A DNA stretch of 59,271 nucleotides, from contig CALUOW010000001.1 of NCBI GenBank assembly GCA_944322365.1, positions 1-59,271 on the forward strand, read 5' to 3'. Both the position numbers and the translations under genes were made by a program. Shown here in pieces: positions 1 to 11,180 of this stretch. This stretch comes from an uncultured Bacteroides sp. Lineage in GTDB: Bacteria; Bacteroidota; Bacteroidia; Bacteroidales; Bacteroidaceae. The first letter of the stretch is position 1. Every line of letters starts with the position of its first letter. Under the pieces are notes generated by a model. The model searched no databases. It saw only the letters and a list, made by a program, of their open reading frames with translations, and was not told where the DNA came from.

Positions 1-88
1 TCGTATCCAGTGACTGGAACCATCGTATCCAGGGCGTGGAACCAACGTATCCGGGCTTTGGATACGGGCGGTTTCCCATGCGGATACA
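1..88. repeat. 22-bp-period tandem array of imperfect palindromes (array A); may extend past the window edge
   Basis: Units TCGTATCCAGTGACTGGAACCA (1), TCGTATCCAGGGCGTGGAACCA (23), ACGTATCCGGGCTTTGGATACG (45), degenerate fourth unit (67). Confidence 0.85.
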
Positions 89-122
89 TGGGGTGGGGTG
101 TTCTTTTGCCGGGCGAAGGCAT

Positions 123-169
123 AAAAATGAGACGCGGATTGCACGGCGTGACCCGTTCAATCCGCGTCT
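123..169 (-). terminator. Probable intrinsic terminator of kbl
   Basis: AGACGCGGATTG (130-141) / CAATCCGCGTCT (158-169) perfect 12-bp stem, T-run follows on the minus strand. Confidence 0.7.
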
Positions 170-183
170 TGGCGTTCAGCGTC

Positions 184-1371
184 TTACTTCAGCACGCCGA
201 GTTCCTTGCCCACTTTGATGAAGGCTTCGATGCACTTGTCGAGGTGTTCCTTTTCGTGTCCGGCGGAAATCTGCACGCGGATGCGGGCTTGTCCTTTCGG
301 CACGACGGGGTAGTAGAAGCCTGTGACATAGATGCCTTCTTCCTGGAGGCGTGCGGCATAGACCTGCGAGAGCTTAGCGTCGTAGAGCATGACGGCGCAG
401 ATGGCGCTTTGCGTGGGCTTGATGTCGAAGCCGGCGGCCATCATCTTGTCGCGGAAGTAGTTGACGTTCTCCACCAGCTTGTCGTGCAGGGCGTTGCTCT
501 CCTTCAGCATCTTGAATACTTCGATGCTGGCTCCGATGACGGCGGGCGCCACCGAGTTGGAGAAGAGATACGGGCGGCTGCGCTGGCGCAGGAGGTCGAT
601 AATCTCCTTGCGGCCCGTGGTGAATCCGCCCATGGCTCCGCCGAAGGCTTTGCCCAGCGTGCCGGTGTAGATGTCTACGCGGCCATAGGTGTTGTAGAGT
701 TCGCTCACGCCATGTCCCGTGGGGCCTACGACGCCGGCCGAGTGCGACTCGTCCACCATTACCAGCGCGTCATACTTTTCGGCCAAGTCGCAAATCTTGT
801 CCATCGGAGCCACGTTGCCGTCCATCGAGAATACGCCGTCCGTCACGATGATGCGGAAACGCTGTGCCTGTGCTTCTTGCAGGCAACGCTCCAGGTCGGC
901 CATGTCGGCATTGGCATAGCGGTAGCGTTTGGCCTTGCAGAGGCGCACGCCGTCGATGATGGAAGCATGGTTCAAGGAGTCGGAGATGATGGCGTCCTCG
1001 TCCGTGAAGAGCGGCTCGAACACACCGCCGTTGGCATCGAAGCAGGCGGCATAGAGGATGGTGTCCTCGGTCTTGAAGTAATCGGAGATGGCGGCCTCCA
1101 GCTGCTTGTGGATGTCTTGCGTGCCGCAGATGAAGCGCACGGACGACATGCCGTAGCCCCGGCGGTCCATCATCTCTTGGGCGGCCTTGATAAGGCGAGG
1201 GTTGTTGGACAGACCCAGGTAGTTGTTGGCGCAGAAGTTCAACACTTCTTTTCCTTTCACTTGGATAGCAGCCTGTTGGGGGCTTTCTATCAGCCGTTCT
1301 TCTTTGTAGAGGCCGGCTTCTTTTATCTCGGCAAGCGTCTGCGCGAGATAGTCTTTCATTTTACCGTACAT
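184..1371 (-). CDS. kbl: 2-amino-3-ketobutyrate CoA ligase (glycine C-acetyltransferase)
   Basis: NFCANNYLGL, SSVRFICGTQ, DESH, TGTLGKAFGG PLP-lysine motif. Confidence 0.96.
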   Translation of the reverse strand: MYGKMKDYLAQTLAEIKEAGLYKEERLIESPQQAAIQVKGKEVLNFCANNYLGLSNNPRLIKAAQEMMDRRGYGMSSVRFICGTQDIHKQLEAAISDYFKTEDTILYAACFDANGGVFEPLFTDEDAIISDSLNHASIIDGVRLCKAKRYRYANADMADLERCLQEAQAQRFRIIVTDGVFSMDGNVAPMDKICDLAEKYDALVMVDESHSAGVVGPTGHGVSELYNTYGRVDIYTGTLGKAFGGAMGGFTTGRKEIIDLLRQRSRPYLFSNSVAPAVIGASIEVFKMLKESNALHDKLVENVNYFRDKMMAAGFDIKPTQSAICAVMLYDAKLSQVYAARLQEEGIYVTGFYYPVVPKGQARIRVQISAGHEKEHLDKCIEAFIKVGKELGVLK

Positions 1372-1538
1372 ATTCTTTTTTTGTTTTAAAAAGGTGTGAT
1401 AACACGTTTAATTCCCCACAAAGGACACCATTTTTATTGGAATAAGCAAGTTTTCTGGGAAGAATCGCAAGGAAAGCGATGAAAGAATGAAAAAAAGTGC
1501 GTACCTTCGCGCGCATCATTCTAAAACATTATTGATTT

Positions 1539-2495
1539 ATGAAGAACATATTGGTTATAGGCTCTACAGGGCAGATTGGCTCGGAGCTGACAATGGAATT
1601 GAGAAAAAGGTATGGTGGAGATCATGTGGTGGCCGGCTACATCGTGGGCGCCGAGCCCAAGGGCGAGCTGCTTGAGTCCGGTCCTACGGCCAGAGCGAAC
1701 GTGACGGACCGCCAATCGCTGGAGATGGCCGTGAAGGAGTATCACATCGATACCATCTACAACCTGGCCGCCCTGCTCTCCGTGGTAGCCGAGAGCCGCC
1801 CCTCGATGGCATGGAAGATTGGCATCGACGGTTTGTGGAATGTATTGGAAGTGGCACGCGAATACGAGTGCGCCGTTTTCACCCCCAGCTCCATCGGCTC
1901 GTTTGGCGAATCCACGCCCCACATCAAGACGCCGCAAGACACTATCCAACGTCCGCGCACCATGTATGGCATCACGAAGGTGACTACCGAGTTGCTGAGC
2001 GACTATTATTATACTAAATATGGTGTAGACACGCGCGCCGTCCGTTTCCCCGGCATCATCTCGAACGTCACCCTGCCCGGAGGCGGCACGACCGACTATG
2101 CCGTGGAAATCTATTATGCCGCAGTCAAGGGCGAGAAGTTCATCTGCCCCGTCAAAGCCGGCACGTATATGGACATGATGTATATGCCCGACGCGCTGAA
2201 CGCGGCCATCTCGTTGATGGAAGCTGCCCCTGCCCGCCTGAAGCATCGCAATGCCTTCAACATCGCCTCGATGAGCTTTGATCCTGAAGAGATTTACAAG
2301 ACCATCAAGAAGTATGTCCCCGACTTCGAGATGGAGTACCAGGTGGATCCCTTGAAGCAATCCATTGCCGACAGCTGGCCCGACTGCTTGGACGACACTT
2401 GTGCCCGCGAGGAGTGGGATTGGAAACCCCAATACGATTTGGAGTCCATGACAGTGGACATGCTGGAGAAACTCCGTGCGAAGCTGGGCAAATAA
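1539..2495 (+). CDS. tdh: SDR/epimerase-type L-threonine 3-dehydrogenase
   Basis: GSTGQIG Rossmann motif, YGITK, PGGGTTDYAV; divergent from kbl. Confidence 0.85.
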   Translation: MKNILVIGSTGQIGSELTMELRKRYGGDHVVAGYIVGAEPKGELLESGPTARANVTDRQSLEMAVKEYHIDTIYNLAALLSVVAESRPSMAWKIGIDGLWNVLEVAREYECAVFTPSSIGSFGESTPHIKTPQDTIQRPRTMYGITKVTTELLSDYYYTKYGVDTRAVRFPGIISNVTLPGGGTTDYAVEIYYAAVKGEKFICPVKAGTYMDMMYMPDALNAAISLMEAAPARLKHRNAFNIASMSFDPEEIYKTIKKYVPDFEMEYQVDPLKQSIADSWPDCLDDTCAREEWDWKPQYDLESMTVDMLEKLRAKLGK

Positions 2496-2522
2496 AATCG
2501 CGTGTACAGACTTTGTAATGAG

Positions 2523-3371
2523 ATGAAGACGCTGTTGGCTGGATGTTTGGTAGTGTCCCTTTGCGTTTCGTGCGGTAATGGGAAAAAGGCGGCAGACCCC
2601 TTTGCCGCCTTGACACAGATGGTGGATTCTGTAGGCCAGAAGCCGCATTCGGAGTCGGCCGTGGTGGATACCATGCCTTTCTTGCGCCCGTTGGAAGCAG
2701 ACGAGTCGTTTGACGACTTCATATTCAATTATGCGTCGGACAAGGCTTTGCAAGCGCAACGCACCTCTTTCCCCCTGCCTTATGACCAAAACGGGTATCT
2801 GGCATATATTCAGAGGGCGGATTGGGAGCACGACAGCTTGTTTGTGCGCGATAACATCTATACCTTGCTTTTCGACCGGGAGCAGGATATGGACATCGTG
2901 GCGGACACTGCCTTGAAGTCGGTGCAAGTGGAGTGGCTTTTCTTGAAACAAGAAGAGATGAAACGTTATTACTTCGAACGTACGCGGGGCATGTGGATGC
3001 TCGACTCCATCGCTTTGCAGAAGGTGAAGTTTGCCCAAGGCGACTTCTTCCCGTTTTATGCGCGCTTTGTGGCCGATAGCCTGTATCAACGGAACCATGT
3101 GCGCTCTCCCTTGCGCTTCATCACCATCGACCCGGATGATGATTTCTCTATCTTGGAGACTACGCTCGACGTGGAGCAATGGTTTGCTTTCCGCCCGACG
3201 ATGCCTTCCGATTGGTTGTCAAACATTTGCTATGGCCAGCGGAATGAGGCGAAGTCTTCTACCAAAATCCTGAAAGTGAATGGCATTGGCAACGGATACT
3301 CCAGTGTATTCTATTTCCGGAAAAGGCAGGGCGAATGGCAACTTTATAAATATGAAGATACGAGCATATGA
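2523..3371 (+). CDS. Lipoprotein, DUF4348-like
   Basis: [17 protein letters not shown] signal and lipobox; [13 protein letters not shown] and a second similar domain; start chosen at ATG 2523. Confidence 0.7.
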   Translation: MKTLLAGCLVVSLCVSCGNGKKAADPFAALTQMVDSVGQKPHSESAVVDTMPFLRPLEADESFDDFIFNYASDKALQAQRTSFPLPYDQNGYLAYIQRADWEHDSLFVRDNIYTLLFDREQDMDIVADTALKSVQVEWLFLKQEEMKRYYFERTRGMWMLDSIALQKVKFAQGDFFPFYARFVADSLYQRNHVRSPLRFITIDPDDDFSILETTLDVEQWFAFRPTMPSDWLSNICYGQRNEAKSSTKILKVNGIGNGYSSVFYFRKRQGEWQLYKYEDTSI

Positions 3372-4363
3372 GGAATTACTCTTTGCGAAAGCATAATACG
3401 TTCGGGTTGGATGTCTATGCCGACCGTTTTCTAGAATATCAATCAGAAGAGGAGCTGCTCGACTTGATTCGTTCGGGGGAAGTGGCTCCTCCTTTCCTGC
3501 ATATCGGCGGGGGAAGCAACTTGTTGTTTACCAAAGATTATGACGGGACGGTGTTGCACTCGCGCATCGCCGGCATCAATATCCTTGCCGAGGACGAAGA
3601 CACCCTCGTGGTGCGTGTCGGAGCCGGCATCGTGTGGGATGATTTCGTTCGTCTTTGCGTGGAGCGCGGATGGCAAGGGGTGGAAAATCTCTCGCTGATA
3701 CCGGGCGAAGTAGGAGCGGCGGCGGTGCAAAACATCGGTGCTTACGGCGTGGAGGCAAAAGATGTCATCGTGTCGGTGGAAACCGTCGATGCGGAAGGCC
3801 GGCGGAAGATTTATGCGAAGGAAGAGTGCGATTATTCCTATCGGCATAGCTTGTTCAAAGAAGAGGGGATGAAGTCAGTATTCATCACCTACGTGCGTTT
3901 CCGGCTGAACAAGAAACCCCGTTTTTCTTTGGATTACCGCGCCCTGCGCGAAGCCTTGGCATCTTGTCCGCACATCGACCTGAAGACAGTGCGCGAAGCT
4001 GTCGTGCATATCCGTCAGAGCAAGTTGCCCGATCCGAAGGTGCTGGGCAATGCCGGGAGCTTCTTCATGAATCCGATACTTTCCCGTCCGCTTTTCGAAA
4101 CATTGGCGCGGGCTTATCCAGACATTCCTTTCTACGAGGTAGACGCCCGGCGGGTGAAGGTGCCTGCCGGATGGCTCATCGAGCAATGCGGATGGAAGGG
4201 AAAAAACTTGGGGCCTGCCGGCGTGTATGAAAAGCAGGCTTTGGTGTTGGTTAATCAAGGCGGAGCCACCGGGGCGGACATTGTGGCGCTGGCAAAAGCC
4301 GTGCAAGAATCCGTATATAAGAAATTCGGCGTGGAAATCCGGCCGGAGGTGTTGTTTGTATGA
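3368..4363 (+). CDS. murB: UDP-N-acetylenolpyruvoylglucosamine reductase
   Basis: [28 protein letters not shown] motifs. Confidence 0.95.
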   Translation: MRNYSLRKHNTFGLDVYADRFLEYQSEEELLDLIRSGEVAPPFLHIGGGSNLLFTKDYDGTVLHSRIAGINILAEDEDTLVVRVGAGIVWDDFVRLCVERGWQGVENLSLIPGEVGAAAVQNIGAYGVEAKDVIVSVETVDAEGRRKIYAKEECDYSYRHSLFKEEGMKSVFITYVRFRLNKKPRFSLDYRALREALASCPHIDLKTVREAVVHIRQSKLPDPKVLGNAGSFFMNPILSRPLFETLARAYPDIPFYEVDARRVKVPAGWLIEQCGWKGKNLGPAGVYEKQALVLVNQGGATGADIVALAKAVQESVYKKFGVEIRPEVLFV

Positions 4364-5136
4364 AAGTAAGGATATTAGGAAGCGGAACTTCTACGGGGGT
4401 GCCCGAAATAGGATGCCAATGCCCCGTGTGTCGTTCAGCCGATGTGCTGGATAAGCGTTTGCGGACATCAGCTTTGGTCACTACGGATGATGGCGCCTCG
4501 ATTCTGGTGGATTGCGGCCCCGACTTCCGCGAACAAATGTTGCGTTTGGACGACTTCAAGCAAATCGATGCCGTCCTCATCACGCACGAACACTATGACC
4601 ATGTAGGCGGGTTGGATGATTTACGCCCCTTCTGCCGCTTTGGCGAGATTCCCCTCTATGCCGAGACTTATACGGCCGAAGACTTGCGGAAGCGGATGCC
4701 ATATTGCTTGGTGGAGCATGTGTATCCCGGCGTGCCTCGCATTTATCTGGAGGAAGCGACTCCTTATCAGCCATTTAATGTCAGACAGACAGAGATCTTG
4801 CCTTTCCGGGTGATGCACGGACGTTTGCCGATATTGGGGTATCGCATCGGGCGGAGATTGGGATATATTACCGATATGCTGACCATGCCCGACACTTCGT
4901 TTGAATGCCTCAAAGGGTTGGACGTGTTGATTATGAACGCTCTGCGCATCAAACCTCATCCGACGCATCAAAGCATATCCGAAGCCTTGGAGACCGCCAC
5001 CCGCATTGGGGCGAAAGAAACCTACTTGGTGCACATGAGCCATCATGCCGGGTTGCACCGTGAGATAGAGTGCAGTTTGCCTCCGCATATACACTTCGCT
5101 TATGATGGTTTGGAAATTAATCTAGCAACTTTTTAA
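4360..5136 (+). CDS. MBL-fold metallo-hydrolase (PhnP/YycJ-like)
   Basis: [20 protein letters not shown] metal motif. Confidence 0.88.
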   Translation: MKVRILGSGTSTGVPEIGCQCPVCRSADVLDKRLRTSALVTTDDGASILVDCGPDFREQMLRLDDFKQIDAVLITHEHYDHVGGLDDLRPFCRFGEIPLYAETYTAEDLRKRMPYCLVEHVYPGVPRIYLEEATPYQPFNVRQTEILPFRVMHGRLPILGYRIGRRLGYITDMLTMPDTSFECLKGLDVLIMNALRIKPHPTHQSISEALETATRIGAKETYLVHMSHHAGLHREIECSLPPHIHFAYDGLEINLATF

Positions 5137-5189
5137 ACATTTGTTTTGGTTTATTAGTAGAAAGTGCTATATTTGCCCGGAGAAATCTG

Positions 5190-6842
5190 GTGAATGTTAT
5201 GAAGTCTTCGCTTTCTACAAAAATAATTATCATTGTTTCTGTCCTGCTTCTGTGCGGAGGGATAGCGGTATATTCGTTTATGCGCTTGAGCTCGGTGGAG
5301 CAACGGAAAGACTTTGACCTTTATTCTTTGGTTCCTCAGGATGCCGTGGCGGTGTTTGAGACGGATCGAGTAGTCGATATGTTGGGCAATATCAGCCAAA
5401 TGTCTTGTAGCCAAGACGGGTATTTCCCGCAAATCTCCAAACTTTTCGGTTCTCTGAGCGCTTCTTTGGAGGTCTTGCAGGCAGAGGTGCCTCATGCCTT
5501 GAGCAAGCAGATGAACAAGGTTCTTGTCAGTTTCCACCGTTTAGGCACGCTCAAGGAGGAAGTGCTTTATTGTGCTTTAGGTACAGGCGATTATGACTTG
5601 GTGGAAAGTTTTATCGAAAAGTACGCTTCTTCTTTCCCCATCAAGTCTTTCGAGTATAAGGGCGAGAAAATTCGCATTTATCCGATGCAGGACGGTCAAT
5701 TCCTGTCCATGTATCTTACCCAAGATTTTTTGGCTGTCAGTTTCCAAGAAAAGTTGTTGGAGCAAGTCATTGACGCGCGCAACACCAAACATTCGTTGAT
5801 GGAAAACTCTTCATTCAAAAGTATATACAGGGGAAAAGGCCGTAATGTGCCCTCCCTCCTTTATGTGAGGATGCGTGCGCTTCCCTTGGGTGCAGAAGGC
5901 GATTCGATTCGTGCAACTGTCAACTTGAGCGAATGGATGGAATTCGACTTGAAGTTTTCGGAAGAGGCCATTTACGCTTCTGGCATCAGTTACGAGACGG
6001 ATACTGTGCAAGGTTTCGTCCATGCGTTGCAAAAGCAGCAGGAGACAACAGGTTATGCGGGCGATTGGTTGCCTGCTTCTACCTTTTGGTATGAATGCCG
6101 TCCCTTGCCTGCGGAGAGATTGGGGGAGGCATTGGACGGATTGCCTTGTCCGCCATTGCCCGATTCTCTGATTTTGGCACAGCGAAGTCATGCCTTCCAT
6201 GCTTTTATGGAGCATAATGCCGATGGTCGGTTGTTGGTTTGCTCTTTTTTGCCCGATAGTTCGGAAGCGCCTTGCACCGTGGTGGCAATGCCGTTGAAAG
6301 ATGAACGGAAAGCCAGGCAACGTTTTCATGCTTGGTTGAATGCCACTCCGCGCAGAATAGGCGAACCGCGTCCGCCCCGCTTTAATCCTGATTATGAACG
6401 TTATCCCCAGTCACAATCATATCGCAAATATTTATTGCCTCGTACTCTGCTTTGGGGACGTTGGACGGGACATGCCGAAGCCTCCCTTTATTCTTATGCC
6501 TGCTTCTACCGGGGGCGGTTGTTGTGGGCGGCCGATGCACGCAGTTTATCCGCCTATATTGACGCGATGGAAAAGAAAGCTCTTTTACAGGACCAGCCTC
6601 TTTACCAAGCGCTCACCCATACATTGGCGTCTTCTTACCGTTTCTTGATGGTGGCAGACTTGGAGCCTTTGTCTTCTTTGCCGAATGCTTATTCCCGTCT
6701 GTTGCCGACATTCGTCCTTCAACATGCCGACTTTTTCCGTCATTTTCTCCTAGCCTTGCAATTCACTTGTACGGAGGGAATCATGTATCCCAACGTGACG
6801 CTGCTCTATAAGGAGGAAATAAATAGGTCATTGCATTTATGA
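5190..6842 (+). CDS. Membrane-anchored hypothetical protein (DUF3352-like)
   Basis: 550-aa ORF, N-terminal hydrophobic helix, TATATTTG promoter at 5168; family name is tentative. Confidence 0.6.
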   Translation: MNVMKSSLSTKIIIIVSVLLLCGGIAVYSFMRLSSVEQRKDFDLYSLVPQDAVAVFETDRVVDMLGNISQMSCSQDGYFPQISKLFGSLSASLEVLQAEVPHALSKQMNKVLVSFHRLGTLKEEVLYCALGTGDYDLVESFIEKYASSFPIKSFEYKGEKIRIYPMQDGQFLSMYLTQDFLAVSFQEKLLEQVIDARNTKHSLMENSSFKSIYRGKGRNVPSLLYVRMRALPLGAEGDSIRATVNLSEWMEFDLKFSEEAIYASGISYETDTVQGFVHALQKQQETTGYAGDWLPASTFWYECRPLPAERLGEALDGLPCPPLPDSLILAQRSHAFHAFMEHNADGRLLVCSFLPDSSEAPCTVVAMPLKDERKARQRFHAWLNATPRRIGEPRPPRFNPDYERYPQSQSYRKYLLPRTLLWGRWTGHAEASLYSYACFYRGRLLWAADARSLSAYIDAMEKKALLQDQPLYQALTHTLASSYRFLMVADLEPLSSLPNAYSRLLPTFVLQHADFFRHFLLALQFTCTEGIMYPNVTLLYKEEINRSLHL

Positions 6843-8162
6843 TTCCTTCACTTGAATCAGCACGTTGGACAAAATGGCAGCCAATCCGCCCGTAGTGATG
6901 CCCGACGAGAAAATGCCCCGCAAGGTATCGGGCAATTGGTTGAGGATGTCCGGCACCAACTCTACACTCAATCCCAATGAGAAACTGACAGCCATAACCA
7001 ACGTGGCTTTCCGGCCTATGGGCTGAGCGGCGATGATACGGATGCCGGCCGCAGCCACTGTGCCGAACATCAGCAGCGTGGCACCTCCCAACACCGGTTC
7101 GGGCATGAGCGAGAACACTAGCCCCACGGCGGGAAACAAACCTAGCAGGACAAGGAAGCCGGCAATGTAATATCCTACATAGCGACTGGCCACTCCGGTC
7201 AGTTGAATCATACCGTTATTTTGCGCGAAGATGGAATTGGGGAAGGAGTTGAACATGCCTGCCAGCATTGAGTTGAAACCATCGGCCAAGATACCTCCCG
7301 AAGCGCGTCGGATGAATTTGTCGCCTTCCACCGGTTCGCCAGAAATAAGCGAGTTGGCCGTGATGTCGCCATAGGCTTCGATAGCTGTAATCATAAATAT
7401 CAGTCCCAGGGCGATGAAGGAAGAGAGGTTGATATCCAACCCATAACGGAAAGGAAGGGGAATGTTGAAACCTCCATAGCTTTGGATGGACGAAAAGTCC
7501 ACCATCCCCATTATCCACGCCACCGCATAGCCGATGACCAACCCGATAACGATGGAACTCATGCGCAAGTATCTGTTTCCGCTCCGGTTGAAGAAGATGA
7601 TGAGCACCAGCACCAGTGCAGCCAATCCTACGTAGCGCAGGCTTCCGAAGCTCCCGTCGGCTTGCGCTGCCGCCCCGCCTCCGCACGCCGTGATGCCTAC
7701 CTTGATGAGACTCATGCCGATAAGCGTCACCACGATGCCCGATACAAGGGGAGTAATGATGCGCCGCGTATATTTCAGAACCCGGCTGATGACCATCTCC
7801 ACGCACGAAGCCGCCATGCACGAGCCGAAAATCAGCGGAAGCCCGCCCGCCATGCCCGCCGCGATGATGGGGCCGATGAACGAGAAGCTGGTGCCTTGGA
7901 TGCAGAGCAGTCCCGTCCCGATGCAGCCGAAGCGCCGGCATTGCACAAATGTAGAGATGCCCGAAGCAAAGAGCGCCATCGACACCAGGAAACCCGTAGT
8001 CTCCGCATCCAGCTTCAAGGCTCCCGCAATGATGAGGGGCGGGGTGATGATGGCCACGAAGATAGCCAGCAAGTGTTGCAGGGCAGCAAAAAGAGCTTCC
8101 TTGAAAGGCGGCCGGTCGTTCAATCCATAAATCAAACCGTTGTTTGGCGTGGGTTCTTCCAT
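6837..8162 (-). CDS. pbuX: Xanthine permease, NCS2 family
   Basis: LQHLLA, AQNNGMIQLTGVASR NAT signature; next to xpt. Confidence 0.9.
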   Translation of the reverse strand: MEEPTPNNGLIYGLNDRPPFKEALFAALQHLLAIFVAIITPPLIIAGALKLDAETTGFLVSMALFASGISTFVQCRRFGCIGTGLLCIQGTSFSFIGPIIAAGMAGGLPLIFGSCMAASCVEMVISRVLKYTRRIITPLVSGIVVTLIGMSLIKVGITACGGGAAAQADGSFGSLRYVGLAALVLVLIIFFNRSGNRYLRMSSIVIGLVIGYAVAWIMGMVDFSSIQSYGGFNIPLPFRYGLDINLSSFIALGLIFMITAIEAYGDITANSLISGEPVEGDKFIRRASGGILADGFNSMLAGMFNSFPNSIFAQNNGMIQLTGVASRYVGYYIAGFLVLLGLFPAVGLVFSLMPEPVLGGATLLMFGTVAAAGIRIIAAQPIGRKATLVMAVSFSLGLSVELVPDILNQLPDTLRGIFSSGITTGGLAAILSNVLIQVKES

Positions 8163-8171
8163 ATCTCCGTT

Positions 8172-8738
8172 TTAACGTATCTTTATTTCACAATTGTCCA
8201 GGCTTTCAATGATGGCCAGCGACTCCACATGGATGCCCTCGGCACGAAGTTCGTCTCCTCCGTGCTGGAAAGCTTTCTCGATGATGAAGCCCATGCCTGC
8301 CAGTTCGGCGCCCGCTTGGTTTACTAAGTCGATGATGCCCTTGGCTGCATTGCCGTTGGCCAGGAAGTCGTCGATGAACAACACTTTGTCTCCGGGGCAA
8401 AGGAAGTCCCGGCTGACGCAAACATCGTAATTCCGTTGCTTGGTAAAGGAGTAGACGGATGTCACCAGCATATTTTCCATCGTGCTAGGTTTCTTTTTCT
8501 TGGCGAAGACCACGGGCAGCTCCAGCAGGTATCCCACCATGATGGCGGGGGCGATGCCGCTGGCCTCTACCGTGATGACTTTGTTGATGTCAGTCGAGGC
8601 AAACCGTCGCACAAACTCCACGCCGATGGATTTCATCAGGATGGGATCCATCTGGTGGTTGATGAAATTGTCTACTTTCAGGATGCCGCCGGGGAAGCAA
8701 CGCCCGTCGCGCAAGATTCGTTCTTTCAGTGCTTTCAT
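8172..8738 (-). CDS. xpt: Xanthine phosphoribosyltransferase
   Basis: [28 protein letters not shown] motif. Confidence 0.95.
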   Translation of the reverse strand: MKALKERILRDGRCFPGGILKVDNFINHQMDPILMKSIGVEFVRRFASTDINKVITVEASGIAPAIMVGYLLELPVVFAKKKKPSTMENMLVTSVYSFTKQRNYDVCVSRDFLCPGDKVLFIDDFLANGNAAKGIIDLVNQAGAELAGMGFIIEKAFQHGGDELRAEGIHVESLAIIESLDNCEIKIR

Positions 8739-8752
8739 TGGGATAATCGCTC

Positions 8753-9607
8753 TTATTCGGTCAATACTTCATTCCCAGTCTCCGTAATGAGCACCATGCT
8801 TTCCCATTGGGCGGAATCCGAACCGTCTTCGGTGAAAACCGTCCAACCGTCGTCCTCGTCGATGCACACGTCATAGCGTCCGGCGTTTATCATCGGCTCG
8901 ATGGTAAAGGTCATGCCCGGCACAATCATCATGCCCGTGCCGCGACGGCCAAAGTGCTCCACGTCCGGTTCTTCGTGAAACTTGACGCCACATCCGTGTC
9001 CGCAGAGGTCGCGCACTACGGAGTAGCCGTTTTTCTCGGCATGTTCCTGTATGGCGGCGCCGATGTCGCCCAAGCGCGTCCAAGGTTTCGCCATCTGCAC
9101 GCCGATGTCCCGGCATTCGCGCGTCACCTCTACCAAGCGTTTGCGTTCAGGGCTGACCTCGCCAATGAGGAACATGCGCGAGGCATCAGAGAAATAGCCT
9201 TTGTAGATGGTCGATACGTCTACGTTGACAATATCCCCGCTCTTCAGGTATTCCTTGGTACTGGGGATGCCGTGGCAAACAACGTCGTTGATGCTGACGC
9301 ACACGCTCTTGGGGAATCCTTCGTAGAGGAAGGGGGCAGGGATGGCGTCATGGTCGGTAGTGAAGCAATAGACCAAGTGGTCTACATCGGCCGTGGTCAT
9401 GCCCTCGCGGATGTTTTGCGCCACATAATCCAGCAGGGCGGTGTTGATTTTGGCACTTTCGCGGATGCCGGCCAGTTGTTCGGCAGTGCGGAGCAGGTGG
9501 CGTTGGGGCAGGCGAGCGCCTTCTTTCTTGTATTGTTGAATCTTGGCTTCCACGTCGTCCGAATATCCTTTCGGCGTGAAGCGCGGTGCATGAATGAATT
9601 TTTTCAT
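8753..9607 (-). CDS. map: Type I methionyl aminopeptidase
   Basis: [28 protein letters not shown]; start at 9607 because a TAATTTTG promoter (9637-9644, minus) lies inside the longer ORF. Confidence 0.93.
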   Translation of the reverse strand: MKKFIHAPRFTPKGYSDDVEAKIQQYKKEGARLPQRHLLRTAEQLAGIRESAKINTALLDYVAQNIREGMTTADVDHLVYCFTTDHDAIPAPFLYEGFPKSVCVSINDVVCHGIPSTKEYLKSGDIVNVDVSTIYKGYFSDASRMFLIGEVSPERKRLVEVTRECRDIGVQMAKPWTRLGDIGAAIQEHAEKNGYSVVRDLCGHGCGVKFHEEPDVEHFGRRGTGMMIVPGMTFTIEPMINAGRYDVCIDEDDGWTVFTEDGSDSAQWESMVLITETGNEVLTE

Positions 9608-9776
9608 CGTTTCTATCTTTACATGATTTCGTGCTGCAAAATTAATCAAAAATTATGAGATTCCACTTCCAAGCAGATGCTATGCAAGGCAACCGCATCA
9701 AATTATGGGGAATTTCCGGGATACATAGCCGGAAAAATCGCCAAAGTACGGGGAAATCTTTCCTTTGCAGGCTCGG

Positions 9777-9870
9777 AAAGTTTAAACGCAGCCTACGTTT
9801 ATAAAAACGCAACTTACGTTTATATAAACGCACCCTAAGTTTATATAAACGCAGCCTGCGTTTAAACTTT
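9777..9870. repeat. 21-bp-period palindrome array with perfect 15-bp terminal inverted repeats (array B)
   Basis: AAACGCA at 9784, 9805, 9826, 9847; AAAGTTTAAACGCAG (9777-9791) / CTGCGTTTAAACTTT (9856-9870). Confidence 0.9.
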
Positions 9871-10054
9871 ATCTACTGCCTTGGCAGTTTTTCCGGCGGA
9901 CTTTAAGGTTGTTTTCCGGATAATTTCATATTCAGACTTGATACTCCCTTCGGAGGAGGCGGGGAGGGCTGCGGCATTCCATAATTTTGCTTGCCGCTTA
10001 TTTTGGATTTATGATATTTGTATTACTTTTGCAAAGGGAAATCAATAAAGGCGT

Positions 10055-11095
10055 ATGGACGACAAGAAACGAATCACTTTTATCACCAACCCCATATCGG
10101 GCATCCAAAACAAGAAGCAGATACTGAGGTGGATAGACGAGCGGATCGACAAGCGGATTTTCGCTCCGGAGACGATCCTGACCGAATATGCGGGTCATGC
10201 CGTCGAGATTGCCGCCCGGAAGGCGCGGGAAGGAGTCTTTGCCGTGGTGGCCATCGGCGGCGACGGGACTATCAACGAAATTGCCCGCTCGCTGGTGCAT
10301 ACGGAGACGGCCTTGGGCATCATCCCCTGCGGTTCGGGCAACGGCTTGGCCAGGCACCTGCAAATCCCGCTCGATCCCAGGCGCGCCATCGACATCCTGA
10401 ACGAGCAAGTGACCGAAGTCATCGACTATGGATTGATCAACGGGAAACCCTTCTTCTGCACCTGCGGCGTGGGGTTCGATGCGCTCGTAAGCCTCCAATT
10501 CTCAAAGGCGGGCAGAAGAGGGCCGCTCACCTATTTGGAGAAAACCTTGTCCGAAAGCCTGAAATACCGCCCCGAAACCTACGAGTTGGAGATGGACGGA
10601 AGCACGGCGCGCTACAGGGCCTTCCTCATAGCCTGCGGCAATGCCTCGCAATATGGCAACAACGCCTACATCGCCCCCCAAGCCACGCTGGACGACGGGT
10701 TGCTGGACGTCACCATCCTCGAGCCGTTCACCATCTTGGACGTGCCTGCCTTGTCTTTCCAGTTATTCCATAAGATGATAGACCAAAATAGCTGTATCAA
10801 GACATTCAGGTGCCAGAAGCTGAAGATTCATCGAAGCAAGCCGGGCGTGGTGCACTATGATGGCGACCCTGTGGAAATGGGGCAAGACATCGAGGTGGGC
10901 ATTGTGAAGAAAGCGTTGCGCGTCATCGTCCCCCGCTATGCCGAGAAAGACTCGCCCAACGTCTTCCAGCGGGCGCAAGACTACATCAACGGCTTGAAGC
11001 AACTCAACCGGGCCTACCTGCAAAAGATGAGCGAGGAATGGAAAGAGAAAAGGCAAGCCCTTGCCCTGCGAAGCGACGAAAACGAATCCAGATAA
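10055..11095 (+). CDS. YegS/BmrU-family diacylglycerol/lipid kinase
   Basis: NPISG, GGDGTINE, GSGNGLAR, YDGD. Confidence 0.9.
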   Translation: MDDKKRITFITNPISGIQNKKQILRWIDERIDKRIFAPETILTEYAGHAVEIAARKAREGVFAVVAIGGDGTINEIARSLVHTETALGIIPCGSGNGLARHLQIPLDPRRAIDILNEQVTEVIDYGLINGKPFFCTCGVGFDALVSLQFSKAGRRGPLTYLEKTLSESLKYRPETYELEMDGSTARYRAFLIACGNASQYGNNAYIAPQATLDDGLLDVTILEPFTILDVPALSFQLFHKMIDQNSCIKTFRCQKLKIHRSKPGVVHYDGDPVEMGQDIEVGIVKKALRVIVPRYAEKDSPNVFQRAQDYINGLKQLNRAYLQKMSEEWKEKRQALALRSDENESR

Positions 11096-11180
11096 AGAAA
11101 ATGCCTGCCTGCATTGGGCGTTTCCGCGTTTTTGCGTACTTTTGCACGATAGTTTTAGACAAAAACCATATATATAAGAT

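Noticed and set aside
10-1389. Long antisense ORFs (also 1521-3179, 11004-12386, 27937-30120, 39199-40989, 47959-49140, 55917-57455 and others)
   Set aside because: They mirror well-supported genes on the opposite strand, as expected from GC-rich codon usage, and show no recognisable motifs.
9777-9870. Tandem arrays as CRISPR or TIGR-like guide arrays
   Set aside because: Units are only 21-22 bp, with 3-4 copies, no spacer-length unique segments and no cas or effector gene adjacent.
9943-9970. CTCCCTTCGGAGGAGGCGGGGAGGG, resembling a REP-like GC hairpin
   Set aside because: Single degenerate copy in the window; cannot be supported.
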